Counted from the stretch's first letter, positions 1-11,056 are shown. The stretch is DNA of 64,000 nucleotides from an uncultured cyanobacterium (GCA_963749915.1 CAVVOP010000022.1:96001-160000), one strand, 5' to 3'. Made by a program: numbers and translations. Notes: a model not told the origin generated them from the sequence alone.

Positions 1-288
1 TTTAAATTTGGCGGCTTGTTCAAAAACTAAAGCGGTTAAAAGGGTGTTACGATAATAAAAATCGGCAGGATAGGCACGATTCGCCCCAATTCCCCCCGAA
101 TAAGCGGCTAAATGTATTAATATCTCCGGGTGTAAATTCTCGAACATTTTTAGCACTTCCACAGGATTCATCAAGTCGTAATCTTGAGAAGATAAACCAA
201 TGATTTCGGCTTGGGGATATTGTATTTTTAATTGGGGTAAAAGGTGTCTACCTAAAAAGCCACTTGCACCAGTGACGACTATCTTCAT
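1..288 (-). CDS. fcl: GDP-L-fucose synthase / NAD-dependent epimerase, N-terminal part (runs off the window)
   Basis: Manual translation from ATG at 288: MKIVVTGASGFLGRHL...DYDL...IHLAAYSGGIGANRAYPADFYYRN. It has the Rossmann GxxGxxG motif and the GGIGAN motif. Not in the ORF track. Confidence 0.8.
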   Translation of the reverse strand, partial: MKIVVTGASGFLGRHLLPQLKIQYPQAEIIGLSSQDYDLMNPVEVLKMFENLHPEILIHLAAYSGGIGANRAYPADFYYRNTLLTALVFEQAAKFK

Positions 289-710
289 ATTCTGGGTTTT
301 TTCTTATCTTATTTTTATTCTCAATTATCATATAATAAATGGGGAGACTAAAAGTAATTTTTTTTCCTACTGTCTATTATTTTCATTTTAAACATAAGTA
401 TTTATTGAACAAAATAATTATCTAAATAAGTAGAATAAATTTTATATAGAAACATCAAGAACTAGCAATTTAACCTTAAAATTAAAAAAATGGTTATATT
501 TATTGCTAGATTTTTAATATCATCTACTTTGTTATGGATAATAAAGTTTTTGTTTTTTAAAATACAAGCCAATATTGTTTATTAATTTTAAACAAATAAA
601 TATTTCATGTAAAGTTTGACATTTTTTTGTGGTTTTTCATCACCTAATTGGTTAGTAAAAGTAGCAATTTTATTACCAAAGGTTAAACTAACATTACTTA
701 AGTTAAATAT

Positions 711-2801
711 ATGGAAAAATTTTTTGCAATAATTCCGAATACTCCCCTCCTCACTTTTACTATTCTTTTATTAGTAATTGTCACAATTCCTCCCCTTTTT
801 GAAAAAATCAAATTACCTGGATTAGTGGGTTTATTAGTGGCGGGAGTTATTTTTGGAAATGATGGCTTGGGTTTATTAGATAAAGACAGCGAATCTATCA
901 AACTTTTAGCTGATATCGGTAAAATTTATTTGATGTTTGTGGCTGGTTTAGAAATTGATTTAGAAGATTTTCGCAAGAGTAGAAATCGTTCTCTAACTTT
1001 TGGTTTTTGCACCTTTATTGCACCTTTAATTATCGGTACTTTGGTGGGTTTTGCCTTTAATATGGGTATCAATGCCTCTATTTTATTAGGTTCTTTATTG
1101 GCTTCTCACACACTTTTGGGTTATCCCATCGTTAATCGTTTAGGGGTAGTGAGAAATGAAGCCGTAGTCGTGACCATTGGTGCCACTATTTTTACCGATA
1201 TAGGGGCTTTATTCGTGTTAGCTATCTGTATTTCGATTCATGGAGGAGAATTTACTGTTGCTACGTTATTTTTTCAATTAGCTAGTTTAGCCATTTATTC
1301 TGCCATCGTTTTATATGGTTTTGATAAAGCGGGGAAAGAATATTTTCGACGCACGGGAGATGAGGAAAGTAACCAATTTTTATTCGTCTTACTGGCAGTT
1401 TTTCTGGCTTCTGTGGGTGCACAATTAATTAATATCGATAAGATTGTTGGGGCATTTTTAGCAGGTTTAGCGGTTAATGATGTGGTGAGAAAAGGCCCTG
1501 TTAAAGAGAAAATTGAGTTTGTGGGCAGTACTTTATTTATACCTTGTTTTTTCGTTTCCATTGGATTAATTCTCAACTTATCCGGTTTTCTCAATACTTT
1601 AAGCCAAGATTTTCTTCTTACTATTGCCATTGTTGGTGGTTTATTTTTCAGCAAATTCATTGCTGCATTAATTCCCAAATTAATTTATAAATATAGCTGG
1701 GATCAATGTATGACTATGTGGTCATTATCCTTACCTCAAGTAGCGGCAACTTTAGCGGCAACCGTAGTAGGAGTTAATGCCGGTTTATTGTCAGAATCGG
1801 TTTTTAATGTTGTCATTGTCATGATGTTAGTTACTTCTGTGGGGGGACCAATTTTAACTGGTAAATTTGCCCGTAATTTATTCGAACCCACTGAAAATGT
1901 AGCTCTAAGAGAAACTGTAGAGGACATAGATAATTCTGAGTTGGGTTTAGATGAAAGTATCGATGATCATAACTTAATTAATTCTTTCTCGATTATTGTC
2001 CCGATTTCCAATCCCTACACAGAAAAATTACTGGTGGAAATTGGTGCTATTTTAGCCCGTAATGAAAAAGGATTAGTAATACCTTTATCGATAGTTAAAG
2101 CTCATGTTCACATGGATGAACCAGAATTGAAAATTGCCCTCCATCATAGTAATAAATTATTAGCCAGAAGTCGGAAATATAGTCAAGATTTACAAGTATC
2201 TATTAAACCTATTATCCGCATTGATGACGATTTAGCGGAGGCCATCAGCCGAGTAGCAAGAGAAAACCAAGCTAACTTAATTGTTATGGGTTGGAGTCCA
2301 AATACTACTATTCAAGCTCGTTTATTCGGCAATTTGATTGATAACGTCTTTTGGTCATCCCATTGTCCTGTAGCGGTAACGAAACTTGTTGACGAGCCAA
2401 ATAATATACATAAAATCTTAGTGCCTGTTAAAAATCTCGATCAAAAAACCCTCCATATTATTCGTTTTGCTTCTATTTTTGCGAAGAATAATCAAGGTAG
2501 TATTACATTACTTCATATACATGATCGCAAAGTTAACAAAAGTCAAATTGAAACTTTTAAGTCTGCTTTAAGTCTTGCGGTGGAAAAAATAGCCACCCAA
2601 ATCCCCATTACTATTAAAATAGTACGTTATTCTGATGCCGCCCGAGCCATAATTCGTATGGCACATAAATATGACTTTGACTTAGTTATTTTACGTTCTG
2701 TACGTCGTCGTACTGCCGGAGGGTTAGCTGTTAGTGATGTAACGACAGAAGTTGTCAAGCAAATTACTCGTTCAGTGATCATTTTTGGTGAACCAGATTA
2801 A
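711..2801 (+). CDS. Cation/H+ antiporter (CPA2) with C-terminal universal stress protein domains
   Basis: Hydrophobic N-half with LMFVAGLEID, ATIFTD and GAFLAGLAV. The C-half has USP-like repeats (IIVPISNP, LIVMGW, ILVPV). Confidence 0.9.
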   Translation: MEKFFAIIPNTPLLTFTILLLVIVTIPPLFEKIKLPGLVGLLVAGVIFGNDGLGLLDKDSESIKLLADIGKIYLMFVAGLEIDLEDFRKSRNRSLTFGFCTFIAPLIIGTLVGFAFNMGINASILLGSLLASHTLLGYPIVNRLGVVRNEAVVVTIGATIFTDIGALFVLAICISIHGGEFTVATLFFQLASLAIYSAIVLYGFDKAGKEYFRRTGDEESNQFLFVLLAVFLASVGAQLINIDKIVGAFLAGLAVNDVVRKGPVKEKIEFVGSTLFIPCFFVSIGLILNLSGFLNTLSQDFLLTIAIVGGLFFSKFIAALIPKLIYKYSWDQCMTMWSLSLPQVAATLAATVVGVNAGLLSESVFNVVIVMMLVTSVGGPILTGKFARNLFEPTENVALRETVEDIDNSELGLDESIDDHNLINSFSIIVPISNPYTEKLLVEIGAILARNEKGLVIPLSIVKAHVHMDEPELKIALHHSNKLLARSRKYSQDLQVSIKPIIRIDDDLAEAISRVARENQANLIVMGWSPNTTIQARLFGNLIDNVFWSSHCPVAVTKLVDEPNNIHKILVPVKNLDQKTLHIIRFASIFAKNNQGSITLLHIHDRKVNKSQIETFKSALSLAVEKIATQIPITIKIVRYSDAARAIIRMAHKYDFDLVILRSVRRRTAGGLAVSDVTTEVVKQITRSVIIFGEPD

Positions 2802-2847
2802 GCTATAAAAAAAGAGAGGTTTTCCCGGCTAAACACCGGATAATTTT

Positions 2848-3729
2848 ATGAGTGAAAAAGTTAGTAATCAAAGAGAGTGGATTTGGCGAGGTTGGCATAT
2901 TCGTTATACTTTTCAAAGAGTGGCATTAGAAAATAAACCTACTGATATACCTATTCTACTTTTACATGGTTTTGGGGCATCCCTTGGGCATTGGCGACAT
3001 AACATCCCTGTTTTAAGTCAACACCACACCGTTTATGCCCTTGATTTACTTGGGTTTGGTGCATCGAAAAAAGCCTATACTAACTATGGTATTGAATTGT
3101 GGTCAGAATTAGTCTATGATTTCTGGACTGCTTTTATTGCTCAATCTTGTATTATTATCGGTAACTCCATTGGTTCATTAATTGCTTTAAATACTATCGC
3201 TGAATATCCCTTGATAGCAAAGGGTTTAGTGATGTTAAGTCTGCCCAATATATCCTCAAGACAAAAATTAACACCTGCCAAAATTCGACCCCTTGTCAAC
3301 ACATTAGAAAATTTAGTGGCTTCTCCCTTACTTATCCGTCTAATTTTTTTTGTGGCCCGTCAACCTAGTGTTATTCGTCGTTGTTTAAAAGTTGCCTATA
3401 TTGATCATACTAATGTCGATGATGAATTAGTAAATATTATCAGTGTTCCCCCCCGGGATCCTGGTGCTGCTCGTGCTTTAATTGCTTTAACTAAATCTGT
3501 TAGTAATTTCTCCTTCTCCGCGGCAGAATTGCTAAAACAGGTTAATATTCCAATGTTATTACTTTGGGGTAAAGGCGATCGGTTAACTCCTCCAACTTTA
3601 GCGGCGGAATTGGCACAAATAAACCCTCAAATTGAACTAAAATTATTGGAGAATTTAGGCCATTGTCTCCATGACGAAAATCCACAATTATTCCATCAAT
3701 TATTATTACAATGGTTGAATAAATTTTAA
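2848..3729 (+). CDS. Alpha/beta fold hydrolase
   Basis: LLHGFGAS, DLLGFG, GNSIG nucleophile elbow and GHCLHDE motifs. Confidence 0.9.
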   Translation: MSEKVSNQREWIWRGWHIRYTFQRVALENKPTDIPILLLHGFGASLGHWRHNIPVLSQHHTVYALDLLGFGASKKAYTNYGIELWSELVYDFWTAFIAQSCIIIGNSIGSLIALNTIAEYPLIAKGLVMLSLPNISSRQKLTPAKIRPLVNTLENLVASPLLIRLIFFVARQPSVIRRCLKVAYIDHTNVDDELVNIISVPPRDPGAARALIALTKSVSNFSFSAAELLKQVNIPMLLLWGKGDRLTPPTLAAELAQINPQIELKLLENLGHCLHDENPQLFHQLLLQWLNKF

Positions 3730-3754
3730 GAAAAATAAAACCATAAAAAAAACT

Positions 3755-4297
3755 CTATTTACCTTCGACGTACCGAGCAATCTGCCACACCTTACAATCT
3801 TTGCAATGGGGATCACCTGAGTTTTGCATTCTCAGATTATCTGCGACGGTATTGGCACGGGCAAGATCCTCCAGCAATCCGTACTGATTTACTTCGGAAG
3901 GTTTGAAAACAGAGGAAAATTGACCGCAGTTCGTCAGCACGCTGATTGAATCGTATGAATCGAGAATGTCGAAGCCGCACTGTTCGAATCCCGCCGGAAC
4001 AATGGCGACATCGAGGGGCTGTTCACGTAGTGCGAGAAGATTGTGAATCCGAGAATCAAAGTTAACTCGTCGTATCAAGTAGTCGCAATCTAAAAACCAG
4101 TCGATACGATAGTCTGTTTGCACGTTGTGATCCCAGTCGTCGTCAACAATATCATCAATGAGGTTTGGGCAAAGGATCTGGTCTGCGGATATAAGCTCGA
4201 CGATGTCATGGAATCCTGAGAAGTCGAGATAGGATTGCCAGCCATCCGCCGTTGACGGCGAGAAACGTTTGCGGGCAGTATAGTACCACAGGATCAT
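3755..4297 (-). CDS. Hypothetical protein, GC-rich relative to the host
   Basis: Clean 180-aa ORF. Visibly higher GC (roughly 50%) than its neighbours. No family recognised. Confidence 0.65.
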   Translation of the reverse strand: MILWYYTARKRFSPSTADGWQSYLDFSGFHDIVELISADQILCPNLIDDIVDDDWDHNVQTDYRIDWFLDCDYLIRRVNFDSRIHNLLALREQPLDVAIVPAGFEQCGFDILDSYDSISVLTNCGQFSSVFKPSEVNQYGLLEDLARANTVADNLRMQNSGDPHCKDCKVWQIARYVEGK

Positions 4298-4395
4298 GCT
4301 TTCAGGGAAATATACTCTGAACGGGTTAAAACTTTACTTTTAGCGATCGCTTTAAAACATTGAAAATATGGGAGAGTTAAATTTTCAGCACTTGA

Positions 4396-5460
4396 TTAAC
4401 CTTTCAATGCCATAACAGAAACTTTGGCAGCTATTTGTTGTGCTATTTTTGTCAGGGCTATCGCTGATGCAGATTGAGGCTCACTGACGACAATGGGAAT
4501 ACCTGCGTCTCCTCCTTCTCTTAAGGAAATTTCTAGGGGAATACACCCCAATAAAGGCACATTTAACTCTTTAGAGGCTTTTTCACCGCCACCAGAGCCA
4601 AATAGGTCATAATTCTTATCAGGCATATCAGGAGGGATAAAATAGCTCATATTTTCCACCAATCCTAAGATATTTGTCCCTAACTGTTCAAACATTTTTA
4701 AACCTCTACGGGCATCTTGTAAGGAAACGGTTTGTGGTGTCGTGACGATTACTGCACCTGCGAGAGGAACTGCTTGTGCTAAGGTTAATTGGGCATCCCC
4801 AGTACCGGGGGGCATATCTACGATTAAGTAATCTAACTCTCCCCAGTTCACTTGGTACAAAAATTGGCGTATGATGCCGTTCAACATCGGCCCTCGCCAC
4901 ATTACGGGCTGATCAGGATCGATTAAAAAGCCCATAGACACCATTTTAATACCGTGATTGAAGGCAGGTTGCAGAATATCCCCTAATGGCGATTTTTCTA
5001 CCTCAATCGGTACCTTATCTAACCCTAACATCATAGGTGCATTAGGGCCATAAATATCAGCATCCAATAAACCAACTTTAGCACCGGCTTGGGCGAGAGC
5101 GACGGCAACATTAACGGAAATAGTACTTTTCCCGACCCCTCCCTTACCGCTAGAAATGGCAATAATATTTTTCACTTGATTCACCGATTGCCTATCAGGT
5201 AAAGGTTTTTGCTGAGGGGTTTCGGCGGTGATTTCTATGGAGACAGATTCTACACCCTCTAGGGTTTTGACGGCTTTCTCACAATCTTCTCTAATAAATT
5301 CCTTTAATGGGCAAGCAGGGGTAGTCAAAACGAGAGTAAAACTAACATTACCATCTTTGATCCCTATATTGCGGATCATGTTCAATTCTACTAAACTTTT
5401 TTGTAATTCGGGATCTTGAACTGGTTTTAAAACTTCTAAAATTGATTCAGTATTTAACAT
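4396..5460 (-). CDS. mrp: Mrp/NBP35 (ApbC) Fe-S cluster carrier ATPase
   Basis: DUF59-like N-terminus (DPEL, TTPACP), GKGGVGKST, DADIYGP, MWRGPM, DMPPGTGD and ENMS motifs. Confidence 0.95.
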   Translation of the reverse strand: MLNTESILEVLKPVQDPELQKSLVELNMIRNIGIKDGNVSFTLVLTTPACPLKEFIREDCEKAVKTLEGVESVSIEITAETPQQKPLPDRQSVNQVKNIIAISSGKGGVGKSTISVNVAVALAQAGAKVGLLDADIYGPNAPMMLGLDKVPIEVEKSPLGDILQPAFNHGIKMVSMGFLIDPDQPVMWRGPMLNGIIRQFLYQVNWGELDYLIVDMPPGTGDAQLTLAQAVPLAGAVIVTTPQTVSLQDARRGLKMFEQLGTNILGLVENMSYFIPPDMPDKNYDLFGSGGGEKASKELNVPLLGCIPLEISLREGGDAGIPIVVSEPQSASAIALTKIAQQIAAKVSVMALKG

Positions 5461-5565
5461 AGTTTTTAAAATTGATAATGAATTAGATACGGCTCTTTTG
5501 AGAAGACAGCGAGAAGTCTTTAATGAACAAGGCTTGGAAGGTTATAAAATTTTCTGGTGGAAAGC

Positions 5566-5636
5566 CAGGAGGCAGTCCCCATGAAAAAAATTTTCACCAT
5601 CAGAGATGAAGGTGCTTACTTTCAACTCAGAGGGCA
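5566..5636 (+). repeat. Dispersed repeat module B (shared with 63640-63712)
   Basis: CAGTCcCCATGAAAAAAATTTTCACCATCAGAGATGAA...CTTTCAAcTCAGAGGGCA is near-identical to the copy after tkt. Confidence 0.85.
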
Positions 5637-5664
5637 GAGGGACGAAGAAGGAAGAAGAAACAAG

Positions 5665-5978
5665 GCCATTTTTTCAGCTTATTCAAGCTTGAGACCATTA
5701 TTCTTTGCATTTCTTCCACTTCATCCATAACAGGTTTAAATAACCTAGTGGTCTGTCAAGATAGTTTTGAGGGACTGGGAACGGATAATTTTGGATTTTG
5801 GATTTTGGAAGATTGTTTTATCCCTCATTTCAAAATTGGCAGACCACTAGTTTCACCGGCGTCTGATTTGATTGGTTAAACCATAAAGTTCCGATTGGGG
5901 AAAATGCTGGGTTAGTCTGTAACACTTAGCAGAAACCTGAATTGCACGTTTCCGGATAAATTGTTTTCGATAACTCAT
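5665..5978 (-). pseudogene. Four-helix-bundle protein (S23/IVS-protein, TIGR02436-like) split by a MITE
   Basis: 5978-5853 encodes MSYRKQFIRKRAIQVSAKCYRLTQHFPQSELYGLTNQIRRR*. Beyond the MITE the strand reads LFKPVMDEVEEMQRIMVSSLNKLK. The central SNIAEG segment is missing. Confidence 0.75.
5745..5850. mobile_element. MITE family 1, copy 1 (CTAG ends, internal TTTTGGA heptamers)
   Basis: CTAGTGGTCTGTCAA...TTGGCAGACCACTAG terminal inverted repeats. A second copy lies at 22304-22416. Confidence 0.85.
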
Positions 5979-6309
5979 AAGCAAAAAAGTCCGAAGTTTG
6001 AAGTAATCGCCAATAATAACATCTGCCTTACCCTTGCCAATAATTTTAGCAAACCCACCAAGTCGTCTAATGAAGTCGATTTTACAAAAATGATACCAAT
6101 ATTTTGATGCTCTAAAAAAGGATTTATCTGCGATCGTTTTTGTAGTTTTAGATAAATATGATTGTCCTCTATCTATCGAAAGAAAATAACAGCTTAAACT
6201 ATGTCATAGGTATCTTTTCTGTTACCGATGATTACTTATTGTTAATTGCTCATTATCCGATGCCCATTTATGAAATAATTAAATGTGAAGAATTCTTTAA
6301 AAAACGACG

Positions 6310-7428
6310 ATGAAATTCACTTGGTGGAAACCTATAGTAAAAATAACTATTGCAACTATCTTAATTTTAACTTTTGCGATCGCCTTTAACCCCCTGGGGT
6401 TACGAGTAGTACAAGCGCAAACAGTAAGAAGAAGTATCTTGGCACAGGGAGATGCCATCACAGATCCTGAAGCCATCTTAAGGTATGCTTTACCCATAGA
6501 TAACGATATTATTAGACAAATTCAGCAAGATATTGAGAAAATCGCCAAAAATTTGCGATCGAAACGGTGGGCATCCATCGAAAAAGAAGTCAAAAATGCG
6601 GCCTTCTTATTAAAACTACATCAAGATGATTTATTAAAGAGTATACCGGAAGACTTACAACCAAGAGCAAAAGAATTAGTTACCGCTATCACAGAAGATG
6701 TGGCCCAATTACGGGAACTGGTGGAAAGAGAAGATAAAGACCAAATTTACCTTGTCAGAACCAGAATCCTAGGTAATGTCACCGAATTAGAAGAAGCTAT
6801 GGTCACAAGATTTCCTTTTAAAGTTCCCGAAGAATATGCTTCTTTACCCCAGTTATTAGGTAGAGCAAAAGTAGAGGTAAAAACTACTCAAGGAAATTTA
6901 GTTATTGTGGTGGATGGTTATAGTGCGCCCTTGACTGGCGGTAACTTTGTTGATTTAGTGGAACGTAAATTTTATGATGGTTTACCCTTTATTCGTGCAG
7001 AAGATTATTATGTGTTGCAAACAGGCGATCCTGAAGGCGAAGCAGAAGGTTTTATTGATCCGAAAACCAATAAATACAGATCAATTCCCTTAGAAATACT
7101 TGTCAAGGGTGAATCTGAACCGATTTATGGTTTTACGACTGAAGATGTAGGAATGTATTTAGCTCAACCAGTTCTGCCATTTAATGCTTTTGGTGCGGTC
7201 GCTTTGGCCCGTCCTACCACCGACACCAATGGTGGTTCTTCTCAATTTTTCTTCTTCAAATTTGATACAGAAATAACCCCTCCTGGATATAACCTAATGG
7301 ATGGAAGATTTGCCGTCTTTGGTTATGTTACCGAGGGTGCGGAAGTATTAGATCAACTAACGGCGGAAGACAAGATTATCTCCATGCAGGTCATTGAGGG
7401 GAAAGAGAATTTAGTCGAACCAAGTTAA
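6310..7428 (+). CDS. Cyclophilin-type peptidyl-prolyl isomerase (TLP40/CYP38-like)
   Basis: Signal peptide, ILRYALPI helical domain, and DGYSAPLTGGNF, QTGDP, SSQFF and FAVFGYV motifs. Confidence 0.9.
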   Translation: MKFTWWKPIVKITIATILILTFAIAFNPLGLRVVQAQTVRRSILAQGDAITDPEAILRYALPIDNDIIRQIQQDIEKIAKNLRSKRWASIEKEVKNAAFLLKLHQDDLLKSIPEDLQPRAKELVTAITEDVAQLRELVEREDKDQIYLVRTRILGNVTELEEAMVTRFPFKVPEEYASLPQLLGRAKVEVKTTQGNLVIVVDGYSAPLTGGNFVDLVERKFYDGLPFIRAEDYYVLQTGDPEGEAEGFIDPKTNKYRSIPLEILVKGESEPIYGFTTEDVGMYLAQPVLPFNAFGAVALARPTTDTNGGSSQFFFFKFDTEITPPGYNLMDGRFAVFGYVTEGAEVLDQLTAEDKIISMQVIEGKENLVEPS

Positions 7429-7653
7429 GATAAGTTCCGTGTTCTGTTCAGGATCAGATTTGGTAGTTTTATCAAGAGTTAAAAAACTACAAAAAGTTGA
7501 CAGCACCAGAACAGGAACAACAAAAAGCCAGACATCAGGGAATTGGTAAAAAGAAAAATCAGTGGCAGTACTAGGGCGTGTTTTAAAAGTTGGGAAAGAA
7601 GATTCTAAATTATATTCCGTTAAAATCGTAAGTAAAAATACTCTAGCAATCCC

Positions 7654-7995
7654 ATGACAACAACTTTTTCAGATAATCACCCCCATTCTCATCAGGATCA
7701 TAAACAACATTCTCATGGTCATATTCATGGTGAAGCATCTCAACGAAAAATAATTAATCGTTTATCTCGTATTGAAGGTCACGTCAGAGGAATTAAGACT
7801 ATGATTAATGAAGGTAGAGATTGTCCTGAGGTTTTGATTCAAATTGCCGCTATTCGTGGTGCTTTAGACAGGATAGCAAGGTTAATTTTAGATGAACATC
7901 TCAGCGAATGTGTTACTCGTGCCGCAAAAGAAGGTAGTATTGAAGAAGAAATAGAAGCCTTGAAATCTGCTTTAGATCGTTTCCTACCATCTTAA
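7654..7995 (+). CDS. CsoR/RcnR-family metal-sensing repressor with His-rich N-terminus (InrS-like)
   Basis: NRLSRIEGHVRGI, RDCPEVLIQIAA and EHLSEC motifs. Confidence 0.9.
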   Translation: MTTTFSDNHPHSHQDHKQHSHGHIHGEASQRKIINRLSRIEGHVRGIKTMINEGRDCPEVLIQIAAIRGALDRIARLILDEHLSECVTRAAKEGSIEEEIEALKSALDRFLPS

Positions 7996-8228
7996 GTCTT
8001 ATAATGCTATAATCGTTTCGGGTATGAAGATTTAGTGATTAAAATTTGGCTCAGTATTTACTCTTTTGCTTAGCACAATAAAGGCTAATAATCTTAACTC
8101 TCTATAAATCGACGATTTCATGAGTTGCTCATTTGATGTCAACTATTCCATGAGAAACCTAGTTTTTCCAGCTTCTAATCACAAGATATTTAAGCATTAG
8201 AAGAAAATTATTCATTTATGAGGACATA

Positions 8229-8387
8229 ATGGCTAAAAGTAATCCTAAAAAAGAAAAAGCAGAACGTAACAAGGCATACGCTCGTCAGTTTAGAAAAAAA
8301 ACCACTACGTTCAACTCCAAATTTAAAAGAAGAGACTACAACGGTTCTAATGGTTCTAATCCACAGTCTGAAGATGGCAAAGAATAG
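8229..8387 (+). CDS. Small basic protein (52 aa), missed by the ORF track
   Basis: MAKSNPKKEKAERNKAYARQFRKKTTTFNSKFKRRDYNGSNGSNPQSEDGKE*, with a GAGGA ribosome-binding site just upstream. Confidence 0.7.
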   Translation: MAKSNPKKEKAERNKAYARQFRKKTTTFNSKFKRRDYNGSNGSNPQSEDGKE

Positions 8388-8628
8388 AACAATCCTAAGC
8401 TGTGATTAATTAAGTCCTTGACTACTTAATGTTCCAATATGCCACCGCCGCTAATACTTATTATCTGCCAAAGATAATTTTGGGTTGGTGGTTTTATTTT
8501 TTTATTTAAAATTTGAGCGAAGACTCCTCAAATATCCCCACTGTGAAAAGATATATCGCGGCCATTTAAGTTCATTCAAAATTAATTTGATATTTCATTA
8601 CGATTGTTAGTTATTATATTTTCTGGTT

Positions 8629-9681
8629 ATGAATAAAGTTGTGGTAGGTTTATCAGGCGGTGTCGATAGTTCCGTGGCCGCGGCTAGTTTACAAAGTCAA
8701 GGTTATGAGGTTGAAGGTTTAACTCTCTGGTTGATGAGGGGAAAAGGTCAATGTTGTTCGGAGGGAATGGTTGATGCGGCCTCCATCTGTGAACAGTTGG
8801 GCATTCCTCATCATGTTGTCGATACTCGTGATCTTTTTCAGACTTATATTGTGGATTATTTAGTCTCTGGCTATGAAGCAGGGATTACTCCTTTACCTTG
8901 TTCTCAGTGTAACCGAGCGGTAAAATTTCCGCCCATGTTAAAATATGCCCAAAACAATCTCGGTATTGACAAAATTGCTACGGGACATTATGCCAGAATT
9001 GAATATGATGCTAAAAGCGATCGCTATCAGTTACTTAAAGCCGTTGATGATGTCAAGGATCAGTCTTATTTTCTCTACGATCTCACTCAAGAATTATTAG
9101 CCCATTTAATTTTACCGTTAGGAGAACAAACCAAGACGGAAACTAGGGCAATGGCAAATAAATTTAAACTGACAACGGCGGAAAAACCCGACAGTCAAGA
9201 TTTATGTTTAATTGAAAGTCATGGTTCGATGAAAGACTTTTTAGATCAATATATTCGACCAAAACAGGGGCAAATTGTTGATTTACAGGGGACTGTGTTA
9301 GGGGAACATGAGGGGATACATCATTATACTATTGGGCAAAGAAAAGGCTTAGGAATAGCCTATGCAGAACCGTTGTATGTGGTTAAGCTAGATCCTGTAA
9401 CAAATCAGGTTATTGTAGCAACCCGCTCTCAAGGTGGTCAAACAGAGTGTATTGTCAGTCGGATGAATTGGGTTTCAATTGTTCAACCAGAAAATTCCAT
9501 CAAGGCCGAAGCGAAAATAAGATACCGCAGTGTGCCTAAAATCGTTAATGTGATTCCTTTAGATGATCAACGGGTCAAGTTAGTATTTGATGAGCCTCAG
9601 TTTGGTATTACTCCGGGTCAGGCGGCGGTGTTATATCATCAAGATTTACTTGTAGGTGGTGGAATTATAGATCGCAATTAA
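8629..9681 (+). CDS. mnmA: tRNA 2-thiouridine(34) synthase
   Basis: SGGVDS PP-loop, [30 protein letters not shown] and TPGQAAV motifs. Confidence 0.97.
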   Translation: MNKVVVGLSGGVDSSVAAASLQSQGYEVEGLTLWLMRGKGQCCSEGMVDAASICEQLGIPHHVVDTRDLFQTYIVDYLVSGYEAGITPLPCSQCNRAVKFPPMLKYAQNNLGIDKIATGHYARIEYDAKSDRYQLLKAVDDVKDQSYFLYDLTQELLAHLILPLGEQTKTETRAMANKFKLTTAEKPDSQDLCLIESHGSMKDFLDQYIRPKQGQIVDLQGTVLGEHEGIHHYTIGQRKGLGIAYAEPLYVVKLDPVTNQVIVATRSQGGQTECIVSRMNWVSIVQPENSIKAEAKIRYRSVPKIVNVIPLDDQRVKLVFDEPQFGITPGQAAVLYHQDLLVGGGIIDRN

Positions 9682-9841
9682 GAGATATATAAGAACTAGC
9701 CCTACCTTTCCTTTTTATTTCTACGTCTTTAATTTACCTCTTTTTTTATACTTTTTGTTCTTAACTTGCCAAGTCGTGTCTTTTACGACATAGGGCAGCA
9801 TTCTAAATTCTAAATTCTAAATGATTACCTCTCCTAATGAT

Positions 9842-10885
9842 TTAAACCAAAGAGTAAATTTTACCATCCATGAGAATACGACTAATACCTTTAGCTTGTA
9901 AATAAGGCGACGTTTTTTGTAGAATTCTGCCATCGGGTACTTTGATTACTTTTCCTTTGCGATCGCAAAATCTTTTCGCAACTCGGTGATTATCAAAAAC
10001 CGGTAAAGTGCGTTGTTGAGTTTCCTGTCTGGGAATTGTACCTAAATCCGCAAATTCTCTCAAAGGTTTAGTAATCAATTCAGAATAACGATCGATGACA
10101 AGATAACAAACTCTAGGAAAAGTGGCTTTTGCTAAAGGTAACACTTGTAATTGTTCGGGGAGAAAATTCCTTTTACTGATGGATTGAATCTCATCATCGT
10201 CGTCATCATCCTCATCCTCATCCTCATCCTCATCATCGTCTATATCCTCCCCAAACATGGCTGCTAAAACATTAACAGATTCAAGATCGTCATCGTCGTC
10301 CTCTAAATCTTCTTCTTCTTCTTCGATTTCCGTATAGTCTACGATATCCTCTTCTGATTGATATTTAGGAATAATAACTTCTAATTCTTCTCCTTGGTCT
10401 TCTTCTGATTGAGATAAAAAATTATCTGAATCCATCTTCATTACTTTAGCACTTCTGAGTACAGGTCTATCAACATTTGAGGGTGTTTCTACTATCAAAA
10501 TTTCTTCGATGGAAGTTTCAGGTGAAGCGACAATTTCCGCCTCTAAAGTGGCAAATTCCTCTGTATTCGCAATAACCTCTGAGGATGATTTTTGCGTTCC
10601 TAATTTTTTGGTCGAGGTGAGAGTTAATTTTGCTTGAGGATCATTTTCCCCTGAAGATCCAATGGTGCGTGCTAGACGCTTTTTTTTAATCAAATCTTCA
10701 TATTCTAAGTCAGACAAACTGGTTTTGAGAAAACGACTAACCGTCGAACTACTTACACCAAAACGAACCGCTAAGGTCGAAGTTGTTTCTTCCGTGTTGC
10801 AATATAGTTCTAAGATTTCTTGGCGATCGCCATCAGATAATTTTCTCGGACTCATAATCTCAACCTTACTCGTTAATGTAGTCAA
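9842..10885 (-). CDS. Conserved cyanobacterial hypothetical protein with N-terminal HTH and acidic linker
   Basis: STLAVRFGVSSSTVSRFLK HTH, long Asp/Glu tract and C-terminal ELITKPL...LPVFDNHRVAKRF domain. The start may be the ATG of MSPRK. Confidence 0.75.
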   Translation of the reverse strand: MTTLTSKVEIMSPRKLSDGDRQEILELYCNTEETTSTLAVRFGVSSSTVSRFLKTSLSDLEYEDLIKKKRLARTIGSSGENDPQAKLTLTSTKKLGTQKSSSEVIANTEEFATLEAEIVASPETSIEEILIVETPSNVDRPVLRSAKVMKMDSDNFLSQSEEDQGEELEVIIPKYQSEEDIVDYTEIEEEEEDLEDDDDDLESVNVLAAMFGEDIDDDEDEDEDEDDDDDDEIQSISKRNFLPEQLQVLPLAKATFPRVCYLVIDRYSELITKPLREFADLGTIPRQETQQRTLPVFDNHRVAKRFCDRKGKVIKVPDGRILQKTSPYLQAKGISRILMDGKIYSLV

Positions 10886-11056
10886 ACTAACCTAGCCATT
10901 CTTAATGTGACTTATGCCAGTCCTATTTGTCAAGAATAGCTGAAATAAGAGTACCACTCAAAGCTAATTTTAATGTACATTGCTTATTAGTATATTTTAA
11001 TCTGAACTTCAGATAAAGTGGCAAGATTGCCTTACCTCTCATAAAATTTATTCCTA

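Noticed and set aside
5853..5978. Avd-like fold as a sign of a diversity-generating retroelement
   Set aside because: No reverse transcriptase and no TR/VR pair in the window.
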